From contig CAKPCB010000003.1 of the NCBI GenBank assembly GCA_934141245.1, forward strand, positions 66,596 to 130,595: 64,000 nt of DNA, given 5' to 3'. Origin of the DNA: an uncultured Bacilli bacterium. Lineage in GTDB: Bacteria; Bacillota_I; Bacilli_A; RF39; UBA660. Below the pieces are notes generated by a model. It did no database searches. It saw nothing but the letters and a program-made list of their open reading frames with translations, and was not told the DNA's origin. Numbering within the stretch: the first letter of the stretch is position 1; each line of letters begins with the position of its first letter. Position numbers and translations under genes: made by a program. Positions 40,710 through 51,038 of the stretch are shown here, one piece after another.

Positions 40710-41555
40710 ATGAATAGTAGATTGGTAAATCCATATTGGATGCTAGAAAAAGCAAGACAAACAGGTAAGGCAATAATACAGTTTAACATTAATAATTTAG
40801 AGTGGGCAAGATATATTTTGGAGGTTGCAAACGAATTAAACAGTAATATAATTCTGGGTGTTAGTGAATCTGCAGTAAAATATTTTGGCGGATATAATAC
40901 AGTTTATTCTTGTGTAAATGCTTTAATAAGTGATTTAAACATTAATGTAGATGTTTGTTTACACTTGGATCATGGAAGCAGTTTTTTATCATGTAAACAT
41001 GCAATTGATAGCGGCTTCACATCGGTAATGATTGATGCCTCCAAATTTGACATTGATAAAAACACTTCAATAACAAAAGAAGTGGTTGAATATGCAAGAA
41101 CAAAAAAAGTGTTTGTAGAGGGCGAAATTGGAGTGTTATATACTTCCGATGGAATTGGAAATATGACAGCTTGTGAAGAATGTATCAGATATGTAAAAGA
41201 AACTTTAGTTGATGCTGTTGCACCTTCAATTGGTAATAAACATGGGATTTATGGAGATATACCCAAATTAAATTTAAATTTGGTAAAAGAGTTAAAAGAT
41301 AATATTGATAGTATATTAGTATTACACGGTGGTAGTGGATTGAAAATAGGAGAATTAAAAAATTGTATCAAAGCGGGCATTACTAAAATAAATATAAATA
41401 CAGATTTACAAATTGCCTGGAGTAATGCTGTTAGGGACTATTTGAAAATCAATAAAGATATATATGATCCAAGAAAAATTATTTCTAGTGGTGAAGAAGC
41501 TATTAAAAATGTTGTACGTAATAAAATAAAGGAAATAAATTATATAGGCAATTAA
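40710..41555 (+). CDS. fba: Class II fructose-bisphosphate aldolase
   Basis: IIQFNINNLEW, HLDHG, and …LHGGSG…; class II aldolase. Confidence 0.8.
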   Translation: MNSRLVNPYWMLEKARQTGKAIIQFNINNLEWARYILEVANELNSNIILGVSESAVKYFGGYNTVYSCVNALISDLNINVDVCLHLDHGSSFLSCKHAIDSGFTSVMIDASKFDIDKNTSITKEVVEYARTKKVFVEGEIGVLYTSDGIGNMTACEECIRYVKETLVDAVAPSIGNKHGIYGDIPKLNLNLVKELKDNIDSILVLHGGSGLKIGELKNCIKAGITKININTDLQIAWSNAVRDYLKINKDIYDPRKIISSGEEAIKNVVRNKIKEINYIGN

Positions 41556-41596
41556 ATATAAAAGTATAATAAAATATAGTGAAATATGGAGGTAAA

Positions 41597-42850
41597 ATGA
41601 AAGCATTAAGAATAGAGGGAAAAAGAAAATTAAAGGGTACAATTAGAATAAGTGGTGCAAAGAATAGTTCAGTTGCATTAATCCCAGCATCTATTTTGGC
41701 CGATGGTGAAGTTACTATATGTAATGTTCCAGAAATAACAGATATCGATTCATTGGAGGAAATGTTAATATATTTAGGTGCAGATGTTAGAAGAGCTAGT
41801 GAGAGTATAGTTATTGATTCAAAAGGAGTTACAAATAAGCAAATCCCTGCTGAAATGTCTAAAAAACTAAGGGCTTCTTATTATTTCATGGGAGCTTTAC
41901 TTGGAAAATATGGTCATGTAGAGATGTCTTTCCCTGGTGGATGTTCGATAGGAATTAGACCAATTAATTTGCACTTAAAAGGTTTTGAAGCAATGGGAGC
42001 TACAGTTACTCAAGATCAAGATATGCTTACTATAGATGCAAAAGAGTTGAAGGGAGCATCAATTTATTTGGATATAGCATCAGTTGGTGCAACAATAAAC
42101 ATTATGTTGGCGGCGGTAAGAGCAAAGGGTGTAACTATTATTGGTAATGCTGCAAAAGAACCTGAAATAGTTAATGTTGCGACATTTTTAAATAATATGG
42201 GTGCAAAAATAAGTGGTGCCGGTACTAGCGAAATTAGAATTGTTGGTGTAAATAAATTAAAAGGATGCTTCCATGAAGTAATTCCAGACAGAATTGAGGC
42301 CGGAACTTATGCTATAATAGGTGCTTTAATTGGGGATAATTTTAAAGTTAGTAATATAATACCTGAACATTTAGAAGCACTTACTTCAAAAATGTTAGAA
42401 ATTGGTGTTGACATGACAATAGGAGAAGATTATTTTATAATAAATTCTAAAAAAGACTATAAACCGGTAAATATTAAAACACTGGTATTTCCTGGATTTC
42501 CGACCGATTTACAACAACCTTTTATGATATTATTAACTGCATGTAACGGAAAATCTATTGTAGAGGAAACAATTTGGGAAAACAGATTTATGCATGTTCC
42601 AGAACTTATAAAAATGGGTGCAAATATTAATGTTGATGGAACAAAAGCCAAAATAGTTGGCCCAACTGAATTAACAGGTTGTAATGTTTCTGCAACAGAT
42701 TTAAGAGCAGGAGCTGCAATGGTATGTGCAGCCTTAGTGGCTAATGGGACAACAACTATAAATAATGCAGAACATATTTTGAGAGGATATGAAAGCATTG
42801 TTGAAAAACTTACAGATGTGGGTGCTAAAATAGAAATTATTGAAATATAA
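41597..42850 (+). CDS. murA: UDP-N-acetylglucosamine 1-carboxyvinyltransferase
   Basis: MKALRIEGKRKLKGTIRISGAKNS… EPSP-synthase fold with a catalytic Cys region. GGAGG RBS. Confidence 0.9.
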   Translation: MKALRIEGKRKLKGTIRISGAKNSSVALIPASILADGEVTICNVPEITDIDSLEEMLIYLGADVRRASESIVIDSKGVTNKQIPAEMSKKLRASYYFMGALLGKYGHVEMSFPGGCSIGIRPINLHLKGFEAMGATVTQDQDMLTIDAKELKGASIYLDIASVGATINIMLAAVRAKGVTIIGNAAKEPEIVNVATFLNNMGAKISGAGTSEIRIVGVNKLKGCFHEVIPDRIEAGTYAIIGALIGDNFKVSNIIPEHLEALTSKMLEIGVDMTIGEDYFIINSKKDYKPVNIKTLVFPGFPTDLQQPFMILLTACNGKSIVEETIWENRFMHVPELIKMGANINVDGTKAKIVGPTELTGCNVSATDLRAGAAMVCAALVANGTTTINNAEHILRGYESIVEKLTDVGAKIEIIEI

Positions 42851-42887
42851 TTTTAATGATTAAAATTATATTTTGGTGATGCATCTT

Positions 42888-43607
42888 ATGAAATTAAAAA
42901 AGACTATATTTTATTTGTTTATTATTATTTCAATATTTTTAATATATAAATTTACTTTTAATAATAATGTAAATTATGTAGCATTAGGTGATGGTTTAGC
43001 TAAAGGCATAAATTCATACGGGCATGTATCGTATGGATATTTTGATTACATATATGATTATTATAATAATTTAAATAGAATTGGTATTGGTATAAATGAT
43101 TTTGCTAACGAGAACTATAAAGTAAGAGATATATATAATGATATTAATTCAAATAAAAGTATTAAAACCAATATTGGATATGTAAATATAAAGAGTGCAC
43201 TTAGAGAATCAAACTTAGTAACTTTATCTATTGGATATAATGATTTTACAGATTCCATCAACATTAATTCAAACGATTATGTTAGTGCAAAAAGATCTAC
43301 GGATCAGATTTTAATTGATTTAGAAGAATTATTAAAACTTATAAAAAAATATGCTAAGAACAAAATAATAGTTATTGGTATTTATAATCCATATATAGAT
43401 AGTGGAAAAAGCAGTGATTTTATAGATTACACTTTAAAGTATTTTAATTCACAATATAAATTCATATGTGAAAAAAACAATATATATTATGTTGATATTT
43501 TTTCTACTATTTCAAGTAATTCTAAATATTTATCTAATCCTTTAAAGCCATATCCTAATATTTCGGGATATAGAGAAATTTTTGAAAATATAAAAAAGTA
43601 TTTATAA
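42888..43607 (+). CDS. SGNH/GDSL-family hydrolase (secreted or anchored)
   Basis: N-terminal signal/TM peptide and a GD(G/S)L-like block (VALGDGLAKG). Confidence 0.5.
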   Translation: MKLKKTIFYLFIIISIFLIYKFTFNNNVNYVALGDGLAKGINSYGHVSYGYFDYIYDYYNNLNRIGIGINDFANENYKVRDIYNDINSNKSIKTNIGYVNIKSALRESNLVTLSIGYNDFTDSININSNDYVSAKRSTDQILIDLEELLKLIKKYAKNKIIVIGIYNPYIDSGKSSDFIDYTLKYFNSQYKFICEKNNIYYVDIFSTISSNSKYLSNPLKPYPNISGYREIFENIKKYL

Positions 43608-43704
43608 AAATAATTTTAGTGTTGCATTCACTCAATAAATTTGTTACAATAAGTTGACAATTATTACTATGGCTGAATTTTGTCATGGCGAGAGGAGAGA
43701 TATT

Positions 43705-43914
43705 ATGAAGGCTGGTATACATCCAGAATATAAAGACACTAAATTTATTTGTGCTTGTGGAGAAACATTTACAGCTAAATCTACAAGAGATGAGTATCAT
43801 GTAGAAATTTGTTCTAAGTGTCATCCATTTTATAGTGGAAAGCAAGCAAGAACTGCTCATACAGGTAATATAGATAAATTTAACAAAAAGTATAGTTTAA
43901 AAGATAAAGCTTAG
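43705..43914 (+). CDS. rpmE: 50S ribosomal protein L31 (Zn-ribbon type)
   Basis: MKAGIHPEYKDTKFICACGETF…CSKCHPFYSGKQ. Upstream TTGACA and RBS GAGAGGAG. Confidence 0.9.
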   Translation: MKAGIHPEYKDTKFICACGETFTAKSTRDEYHVEICSKCHPFYSGKQARTAHTGNIDKFNKKYSLKDKA

Positions 43915-43969
43915 TATGGCTTTATTTTTTTTTTATAAAATAGTATACTAATAATATAGAGGTGGTTAT

Positions 43970-44410
43970 ATGAAGATAGGAATTGCAAGTGATCATAGAG
44001 GTTATGATTTAAAGCAGGAATTAATTAAGTACTTAAAAAACAAAAATTATGAAATTACTGATTATGGAACGAACTCTATTGAAAATGTAGATTATACTAA
44101 ATATGGATTTTTGCTAGGGGAAAAAGTTGCTTCACACGAAGTAGATTATGGTATAGCAATATGTGGAAGTGGAATTGGTATAAGTATTGCTTGTAATAAA
44201 GTAAAAGGAATAAGATGTGCTAAAGTTAGTTCAGTAGAAGACGCATACCTAACAAGAAAGGACAATGATGCAAATATAATTGCACTTAGTGGAAAGCTTT
44301 CTAAATTTAAAGCTAAGAATATAGTTAATACTTTTTTTAAAACAGAATTTTCAAATACAGACAGATATATATCAAGAATAAAGCAAATATCAGATTATGA
44401 GAATAAATAA
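43970..44410 (+). CDS. rpiB: Ribose-5-phosphate isomerase B
   Basis: MKIGIASDHRGYDLKQELIKYL…, RpiB/LacAB family. Confidence 0.85.
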   Translation: MKIGIASDHRGYDLKQELIKYLKNKNYEITDYGTNSIENVDYTKYGFLLGEKVASHEVDYGIAICGSGIGISIACNKVKGIRCAKVSSVEDAYLTRKDNDANIIALSGKLSKFKAKNIVNTFFKTEFSNTDRYISRIKQISDYENK

Positions 44411-44412
44411 TT

Positions 44413-44610
44413 ATGAACGTTAAATATTATATTTATATATTTGTTACTGTATTAGTAGTGTGGGCAATAGAGTCTATAAATATTAATCAAATATTTAAAA
44501 AAGGTAGAAATATTCAGGCAATTGTTTTTTATATGTTGTTATCATTATCATTAATATATTTAGTTACAAATTTTATTTATGATTTTTTTATTTCGTCACA
44601 AATAGTTTAA
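44413..44610 (+). CDS. Small membrane protein, hypothetical (65 aa)
   Basis: Two hydrophobic helices. No motif. Confidence 0.3.
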   Translation: MNVKYYIYIFVTVLVVWAIESININQIFKKGRNIQAIVFYMLLSLSLIYLVTNFIYDFFISSQIV

Positions 44611-44664
44611 TTTTTTTGTATAAAATTATACCTTGTTGTTAAGAATGTTAATGAGGTGATTTAT

Positions 44665-45297
44665 ATGAAAAAGAAATTAAGATTAAAAAGGTTTGTATTA
44701 CCAATGATTTATGTTATTTTAGTGTTTGTATTTGTTATGTCAACTTATGCTGTTTTCTCAGCAAGGAATGATATTCCAGAGGAAGAAATTAATTATGTTT
44801 CTAATATAATCTGGTCTAATGATACACCAGTTGTTTCTACTGATAAAGTTCTTCAAAAGCCATATAGTAATGAAAAGGTTACAATTGGAAGATATTACTA
44901 TAACTACAAGGATGAAAGTAAAAATCAACAAAATGCAATTATATTTTATGAAGGTAGTTACATGCAAAATACGGGTGTAGATTATATATTGGATGAAAAA
45001 TTTGAAGTTTTAAGTGTGTTTGATGGTACAATTACTAAAGTTGAAAATAATGAAATGGTAGGGAAAACCGTTGAAGTTAAGCACAGTAATAATATTATAA
45101 GTGTTTATCAGGGATTATCTGAAGTTAATGTTAAAGAAGGAGATACAGTGACACAGGGTACAAAGATTGGTACTAGTGGAACTTCTAAGGTCAACAATAA
45201 TTTAGGTAACCATTTACATTTTGAGCTATATGTTGATGGGCAAGTTGTTAATCCCGAAGACTGCTTTAATAAAAAACTTAATGAATTGCAGGCTTAA
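44665..45297 (+). CDS. Membrane-anchored M23 peptidase-family protein (SpoIIQ or SpoIVFA-like context unclear)
   Basis: N-terminal TM and C-terminal M23 with HxH intact (GNHLHFELYVDGQVVNP). Confidence 0.6.
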   Translation: MKKKLRLKRFVLPMIYVILVFVFVMSTYAVFSARNDIPEEEINYVSNIIWSNDTPVVSTDKVLQKPYSNEKVTIGRYYYNYKDESKNQQNAIIFYEGSYMQNTGVDYILDEKFEVLSVFDGTITKVENNEMVGKTVEVKHSNNIISVYQGLSEVNVKEGDTVTQGTKIGTSGTSKVNNNLGNHLHFELYVDGQVVNPEDCFNKKLNELQA

Positions 45298-45327
45298 TGC
45301 CTTTTTTCTTTAGAAAGTGAGAGATAT

Positions 45328-46311
45328 ATGAAAGATATAGGAATAGATTTGGGAACAGCTAATGTACTTATTTATGTAAAAGGTCAAGGAATTGTATTAA
45401 ATGAACCAAGTGTGGTTGCAATAGATACTGAGACAAAAAAGGTTTTAGCAATAGGCAGTGAAGCTAATGACATGCTAGGAAGGACACCAGGTAAAGTTAA
45501 GGCAATCAAACCACTTAAAGATGGAGTTATTGCTGATTTTGAATATACTGAAGTTATGCTTAGTAGTTTCATAAAGAAAATTAAAGGCAAGGGTATTTTG
45601 TCTAAACCTAGGATACTTATATGTTGTCCATCTAATATAACCGAAGTTGAAAAGAATGCTATAAGAGAGGCTGCGGAGCGTTTAGGAGCACGAAGGGTTT
45701 TTGTTGAAGAAGAACCAAAAGTGGCAGCGGTTGGAGCGGGAATGGATATTTCTAAACCTTGTGGAAATATGGTAATAGATATTGGTGGAGGTACTACTGA
45801 CATTGCAATTTTATCATTGGGTGGGATAGTAACTAGTCAATCGCTTAAAATTGCTGGAAACTCTTTTGATAATGCAATAATAGACTATGTAAAAGAAAAG
45901 CATAAGTTGCTAATTGGCGATAGGACGGCTGAAGATATAAAATTAAAAATTGGTTGTGCATACGAAGGAGATAAAGAAAATAAAATAGAAATAAAAGGTA
46001 GAAACTTGTCTACTGGGTTACCACACACAATAAATATAAGTGAAAAAGAGGTTGAAGAGTCATTATATCCATTAGCTATGAAAATAATTAAAAAAGCAAA
46101 AGAAGTTTTGGAAAAAACACCCCCTGAATTATCGGCAGATATTGTAGATAAAGGCATAGTTTTAACAGGTGGAGGTTCGCTAATTAAAGGGTTACCTGAA
46201 TTATTTGAAAAGGAATTAAAAGTGCCAGTGTTTATATCAGAAAGCCCACTTACTTGTGTTGCAGAAGGTTGTGGTATTATGCTTTCTAACTTAGATTTAA
46301 TAGATAAGTAA
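45328..46311 (+). CDS. mreB: Rod-shape determining actin homolog MreB/Mbl
   Basis: IGIDLGTANVLIYVKGQGIVLNEPSVVAID and DIGGGTTDIAILSLGGIV, actin-fold phosphate motifs. Confidence 0.9.
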   Translation: MKDIGIDLGTANVLIYVKGQGIVLNEPSVVAIDTETKKVLAIGSEANDMLGRTPGKVKAIKPLKDGVIADFEYTEVMLSSFIKKIKGKGILSKPRILICCPSNITEVEKNAIREAAERLGARRVFVEEEPKVAAVGAGMDISKPCGNMVIDIGGGTTDIAILSLGGIVTSQSLKIAGNSFDNAIIDYVKEKHKLLIGDRTAEDIKLKIGCAYEGDKENKIEIKGRNLSTGLPHTINISEKEVEESLYPLAMKIIKKAKEVLEKTPPELSADIVDKGIVLTGGGSLIKGLPELFEKELKVPVFISESPLTCVAEGCGIMLSNLDLIDK

Positions 46312-46318
46312 AATCAAA

Positions 46319-46352
46319 ACAAACTATCATCTTAACGATAGTTTTTCTTTTA
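46319..46352 (+). terminator. Rho-independent terminator after mreB
   Basis: AAACTATC-atcttaac-GATAGTTT followed by a T-rich tract. Confidence 0.5.
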
Positions 46353-46476
46353 CATTATTGGAAATAGTGGTATAATAGTATTGCTTATGTTTACTTGGTT
46401 TTATAAATATATAAGTAAATTAATTAAATATCTATAAGAGGGTTAAATATACTCTTTTATAGTAAATGAAACAGAG

Positions 46477-47592
46477 GTGAAAGTTGAGGATTTCTCGACA
46501 ATTGATATGTTTGGAAAAGAAATAGATTATATTTTACTAACTATTGGTATAACATTTATATTTACTGCAGCAATTATGCCACTTATGATTAAAATAGCAA
46601 ATAGAATTCACGCTATTGATGAACCCAGAACACGTCATATACACAAAAAACCTATGCCTAAGCTGGGAGGTTTGGGAATATTCTTAGGGTTTTTATTTGG
46701 ATATATGTTGTTTGGAATAAATAGTATTCAAATGAATTCGGTTTTAATTGGTAGTTTTGTTATCATTTTAACTGGAATTATTGATGATATTGAGCCATTA
46801 AAAGCTAGAAGTAAACTTTTTGGTCAAGTGTGTGCAGCATTAATTATTATTTTATATGGCAATATATTATTGCAAGATGTTACCGTATTTGGATTCAATC
46901 TTAACTTTGGATTTTTTGCATATCCAATAACGTTAATATTTATAATTGGATGTATTAATATCATTAATTTAATAGATGGCTTAGATGGTCTAAGTGGTGG
47001 TATTTCATCTATATTTTTCATAACTATTGGAGTTATTTGTTATTTTCAAGGAAAACTTGATACTTTAACTGCATCAATTACTTTTATAATGCTTGGTGCA
47101 ACCTTGGGATTTTTGTTACATAACTTTTATCCTGCAAAATTGTTTGCGGGTGATACAGGTTCTATGTTCATGGGATTTATTATTTCCATTATAGCCTTAT
47201 TAGGGTTTAAGGGAACTACCTTAACTTCTTTTATAGTCCCTATTGTAATTTTAGCTATACCCATTTTAGATACCCTATTTGCTATAATTCGAAGAGTAAT
47301 AAAACGAAAGCCAATTTTTTCTGCTGATAAAGAACATATGCATCATCAGCTGTTAAATATGAATTTTTCACAGAGAACTACAGTTCTTATTGTGTATGGT
47401 ATAAACATTTTGTTTTCTTTGGCATCCATATTTTATGTTTTAAAGGATCCTAAAAAAGCAACAGTCATATATATAGTGTTGTTTATTATTGTGACTTGGT
47501 TTGTTTTAAATACTAGTATTATTTCCGAAAAGCTTAGTACTAAAGTAAAAAACGTAGAGAAAAAAATAATAAAAGGCAGAAGGGATGAATAA
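46477..47592 (+). CDS. tagO: Undecaprenyl-phosphate GlcNAc-1-phosphate transferase (TagO/WecA, GT4 MraY-like)
   Basis: …IDEPRTRHIHKKPMPKLGGLGIF… and a DDxxD-like block (IIDDIEPL). Multi-TM. Confidence 0.8.
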   Translation: MKVEDFSTIDMFGKEIDYILLTIGITFIFTAAIMPLMIKIANRIHAIDEPRTRHIHKKPMPKLGGLGIFLGFLFGYMLFGINSIQMNSVLIGSFVIILTGIIDDIEPLKARSKLFGQVCAALIIILYGNILLQDVTVFGFNLNFGFFAYPITLIFIIGCINIINLIDGLDGLSGGISSIFFITIGVICYFQGKLDTLTASITFIMLGATLGFLLHNFYPAKLFAGDTGSMFMGFIISIIALLGFKGTTLTSFIVPIVILAIPILDTLFAIIRRVIKRKPIFSADKEHMHHQLLNMNFSQRTTVLIVYGINILFSLASIFYVLKDPKKATVIYIVLFIIVTWFVLNTSIISEKLSTKVKNVEKKIIKGRRDE

Positions 47593-47604
47593 AAATTCCT
47601 TTTC

Positions 47605-48354
47605 TTGATTGAGGCGATTTATATGATTAATTTTATTATATGTGATGATAATAGGGAGTTTTTAAAAAAAGAGAAAAATATTATTGATAAACTTATGATG
47701 AGATACGATATAGAATATAAGTGTATCTTATTTGATGAATATAATAAAGACTTTGAAAACATGGCCGCAAAGGATATAGGGTTTAAAATATATTTACTTG
47801 ATATTCAAACAAAAAATGGCTCTGGACTTGATGCAGCAAGATGTATAAGAGAAGAATTAGATGACTGGGTTTCAATCATTATAATAATAACTGCATTTAA
47901 TGAATTTAAATATGAGGCATTAGGTAACAGACTATACTTATTGGATTTTATTAATAAGCTAAATAAGTGTGATGAAAATCTTAAAGAAACTTTAGAAATT
48001 GCAATAAAACATTATGATAATAGAGAAAAAAGTTTAAGTTATGAATATAATCATATAATTAAAAAAATAGAATTTAGACATATTATATATATAGAAAAAG
48101 AACTTGATAGCAAAAGAAGTTTAGTAAAGACAACTTATGGAGCACATTTTATAAACAAAAATTTAAATGAAACAGAACCGCTTTTGGATAATAGATTTAT
48201 TAGAACAAGTAGAAGCATGATTGTAAACATTGATTATGTAAGTGAATTTGATATGAAAAACAATAAAATAATCTTTAAATCTGGAGATGTTTGCTATCAA
48301 GTCTCTAGAAAAAAGAAGAAGGAGTTACGGGAATATGTTAGAAACAACACTTAG
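47605..48354 (+). CDS. agrA: LytTR-family response regulator (AgrA-like)
   Basis: Receiver domain (FIICDDN…YLLDIQT) and C-terminal LytTR domain (…FIRTSRSMIVNIDYV…). Confidence 0.75.
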   Translation: MIEAIYMINFIICDDNREFLKKEKNIIDKLMMRYDIEYKCILFDEYNKDFENMAAKDIGFKIYLLDIQTKNGSGLDAARCIREELDDWVSIIIIITAFNEFKYEALGNRLYLLDFINKLNKCDENLKETLEIAIKHYDNREKSLSYEYNHIIKKIEFRHIIYIEKELDSKRSLVKTTYGAHFINKNLNETEPLLDNRFIRTSRSMIVNIDYVSEFDMKNNKIIFKSGDVCYQVSRKKKKELREYVRNNT

Positions 48355-49624
48355 AATTATAATTGCTTTCATAAACCCTATTGTTGGTTATCATATAATT
48401 AGAAATTTTGGGGGTAAAGATAAATCCGTTTCATTATCTTTTAGAGTTTTCTTAATTTTTGTTTTAGCAGTTTCAAACTTGCTGATATATAATGTATCCT
48501 ATAATTCTTTAATAACATTGATAAATTTTTTATTAACAATAATTGTTTATAAAGCTTTATTTAAAACAAGTTTATTTGAATCGATAATTTTATCCACAGT
48601 TTTGTTTATAATTTTAACACTTGCAGATGTTGTTGTTTCACTAATTTTAGTTTCGTTTGTTACTGCAGAGGAAGTTAGAAAGAATGTGTATTATATGTTA
48701 ATTGGAAATGTCTCTGTAGGATTGCTATCTTATGCATTATCATATGCTCCATTTATAAAAAATAATGTAAAAAAATTCGTTGAAAAAAGTGAAGATAATC
48801 ATAAGGTTAAAATAGTTGTCTTTTTTTTATTAACAATATTACTGGCATCAATTTTACTTTATGCAATATCAATTAACTATAAATTAATTAACGAATATAT
48901 ATTGATAGTAGTTATAATGTGCATTTTAATTGTTTTGTTTTTAATATACATAATGGAAAATAATAACAGAATGCAATTTGAAGCTAAATACCTTTCTTTG
49001 TTTGATTATTTTAAAACTTTTGAGGATATGATTGACAGTGACAGAGAATTTATGCATGAGTATAAGAACCAATTAGCAGCTATTAGAGAAATGAATAATA
49101 TAAGTTCTGTAAGAAAATATATAAATTCAATATTAGGCTATGTTGACAACTCTAAAGTAGATTATATATCTGATTTAAAATTTATACCCAAGGGTGGTGT
49201 AAAAGGGATAATATATTATAAACTAATGATTGCTAAGAATAAAAATATAAGTGTAACAATTAATGTTAATAAAAACATAAAAGAGTTAGAATTTATAGAT
49301 AGTGAAACACAAAAAAACTTAATTAAAGTTTTAGGAATTTGCTTAGATAATGCTATAGAAGCTAGTGAAGTTTCAGAAAAAAAGAATATTTCATTAGAAA
49401 TATACAAAATGTCTAATGAGATAAGAATTGTTATATGTAATACTTATAATAGTGATTTAGTTGATTTGAATAAAATTGAAAATAAAGGCTATTCTACAAA
49501 AGGTAAAGGTAGAGGTAATGGACTATATTACTTGTCAAAGGTTATAAGTTCTCAAAAAACAATTTCTACTGAATGGGTTATTATGAATGACTATTTTGTA
49601 AGAAAGATATTTATAAAAATTTAA
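48335..49624 (+). CDS. agrC: AgrC-like (HPK10) sensor histidine kinase
   Basis: Six to seven N-terminal TM helices, H-box (EYKNQLAAIREM), and a GHKL ATPase (…GRGNGLYYLSKV…). The start overlaps the 3' end of agrA. Confidence 0.7.
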   Translation: MLETTLRIIIAFINPIVGYHIIRNFGGKDKSVSLSFRVFLIFVLAVSNLLIYNVSYNSLITLINFLLTIIVYKALFKTSLFESIILSTVLFIILTLADVVVSLILVSFVTAEEVRKNVYYMLIGNVSVGLLSYALSYAPFIKNNVKKFVEKSEDNHKVKIVVFFLLTILLASILLYAISINYKLINEYILIVVIMCILIVLFLIYIMENNNRMQFEAKYLSLFDYFKTFEDMIDSDREFMHEYKNQLAAIREMNNISSVRKYINSILGYVDNSKVDYISDLKFIPKGGVKGIIYYKLMIAKNKNISVTINVNKNIKELEFIDSETQKNLIKVLGICLDNAIEASEVSEKKNISLEIYKMSNEIRIVICNTYNSDLVDLNKIENKGYSTKGKGRGNGLYYLSKVISSQKTISTEWVIMNDYFVRKIFIKI

Positions 49625-49670
49625 AAAATAAAGTCAAGGTTATTTATCTTAAATCTTGACTTTATTTTTG
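49623..49670. terminator. Bidirectional terminator between agrC (+) and agrD (-)
   Basis: AAAGTCAAG-(16 nt)-CTTGACTTT with A/T runs on both sides. Confidence 0.5.
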
Positions 49671-49677
49671 TTATAGA

Positions 49678-49797
49678 TTAGTCCATGAATTTTGGAGCTT
49701 CTGGTTCATCAATGAACAGCCACATGCATCCAACAGAAGCTGCTGTAGAAGCTAATAGTGCAACTGCTGCTAAAGCTACTGAAAATAATTTTTTCAT
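49678..49797 (-). CDS. agrD: AgrD-like autoinducing peptide precursor (39 aa, below the ORF-track cutoff)
   Basis: MKKLFSVALAAVALLASTAASVGCMWLFIDEPEAPKFMD. It has an amphipathic leader, a Cys-containing core (…GCMWLFI) and the conserved acidic AgrD tail (IDEPEAPKF, compare S. aureus …DEVEVPKEL). GGAGG RBS 6 nt upstream. Directly downstream of agrB. Confidence 0.6.
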   Translation of the reverse strand: MKKLFSVALAAVALLASTAASVGCMWLFIDEPEAPKFMD

Positions 49798-49839
49798 ATG
49801 CTACCTCCTTTACTTTTATATAAAAATGCTTTTGCATTT

Positions 49840-50430
49840 TTAACAATTTTTATAATTATTATAAGGCATCTTTAAAGCTTTATATGTTAATGGGTTTATC
49901 ATTATTGCTTCTATTATTAATGATATAAGTAAAGTGTTTGAAACAATTCTTGTATTTATTAAAAATATGGCTATTGAATATACTATGGACAAAATAACTG
50001 AAGCAATTTTTCTATATTTTCTTTTTTTTGCATTTGTCAATGGTCTTTTAATTGTATCCGCAGGTGCAAATACTAAATAATCTATTGTACAGATGATACA
50101 CAATATAATTTTAATAGTATTACTTATATAAATTTTAGAAATTAACAATGTAAGCCCAAATATAAGTAATATTGATGTTATTAGACAAATACTACTCTTA
50201 TCGGCATGTACTCCAAATGCAGGATATCTAATTATATTCAAGAAAACTAAAACTAAAATAATTTCTTTAAATATGTTAAATATAATTGATAGTACTAATA
50301 TGACAATTAATTTAGTAATTGTTAAGTATATTCCTTCTAAACCGTATCTGATTTTTTCAATATCAGTTTCATTATAGGCATTATACTTTTTTATTAAGTT
50401 AATTGAATTGTTTAAAAAAACTTCTTTCAT
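49840..50430 (-). CDS. agrB: AgrB-family AIP-processing membrane endopeptidase
   Basis: 196 aa, four to six TM helices, conserved His/Cys region (…RYPAFGVHADKSSICLITS…). AAGGGGAAAAAT RBS. Confidence 0.75.
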   Translation of the reverse strand: MKEVFLNNSINLIKKYNAYNETDIEKIRYGLEGIYLTITKLIVILVLSIIFNIFKEIILVLVFLNIIRYPAFGVHADKSSICLITSILLIFGLTLLISKIYISNTIKIILCIICTIDYLVFAPADTIKRPLTNAKKRKYRKIASVILSIVYSIAIFLINTRIVSNTLLISLIIEAIMINPLTYKALKMPYNNYKNC

Positions 50431-50704
50431 ATTTTTCCCCTTACGAGTATAAGTATATATTATTAAATTGAAAAAAATTGTAAAATATATTTTTTGCTCC
50501 TTAAATGAATATCAATAGCAAAATGTTAACTAAGAGAAAATTTTATTACCAAAAAAGTCCAAAAAATGACTGATTACAGAAATCGACATTTTTTTAATGA
50601 ATGTTTTGCTATTATTTATATGCACACCTAAAAATATAACGTATTAATTATTGTCGTAGATTTATGGTGTATAACTAAATAATGTAAATGGAAAGGTGAG
50701 GTGT

Positions 50705-50932
50705 ATGGAAAAAGTGAAGGGCCGTGTAAAATGGTTTAATAATGAAAAAGGCTATGGGTTCATTGAATATAAAGATAATGAAGACATATTTGTTCATTAC
50801 TCTGCAATAAACCAGGATGGATACAAAAGCTTAACTGAAGGACAATATGTTGAATTTAATCTAGTTGAAACTGCTAAAGGTTATCAAGCATTAGATGTTG
50901 TCGTAATAAAAGAAGTTGCTACCTCAAAATAG
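50705..50932 (+). CDS. csp: Cold-shock protein (CspA family)
   Basis: [22 protein letters not shown]…, RNP1 and RNP2 motifs. Confidence 0.9.
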   Translation: MEKVKGRVKWFNNEKGYGFIEYKDNEDIFVHYSAINQDGYKSLTEGQYVEFNLVETAKGYQALDVVVIKEVATSK

Positions 50933-51038
50933 AGGTAGTTTTATTTTCTATTATTTATTAGTTGTGAAGTTTATTGTGTAAATGAATAGTTTGCTAAAAG
51001 TATTGATTTATGATATAATATTATTAGGAGATGATGAT

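Noticed and set aside
50431-50700. LytTR (AgrA) direct-repeat operator upstream of agrB
   Set aside because: Only a weak candidate was found (TAGTTAACA …12 nt… TATTCATTT on the minus strand). The match is too degenerate to call without a position-weight matrix.
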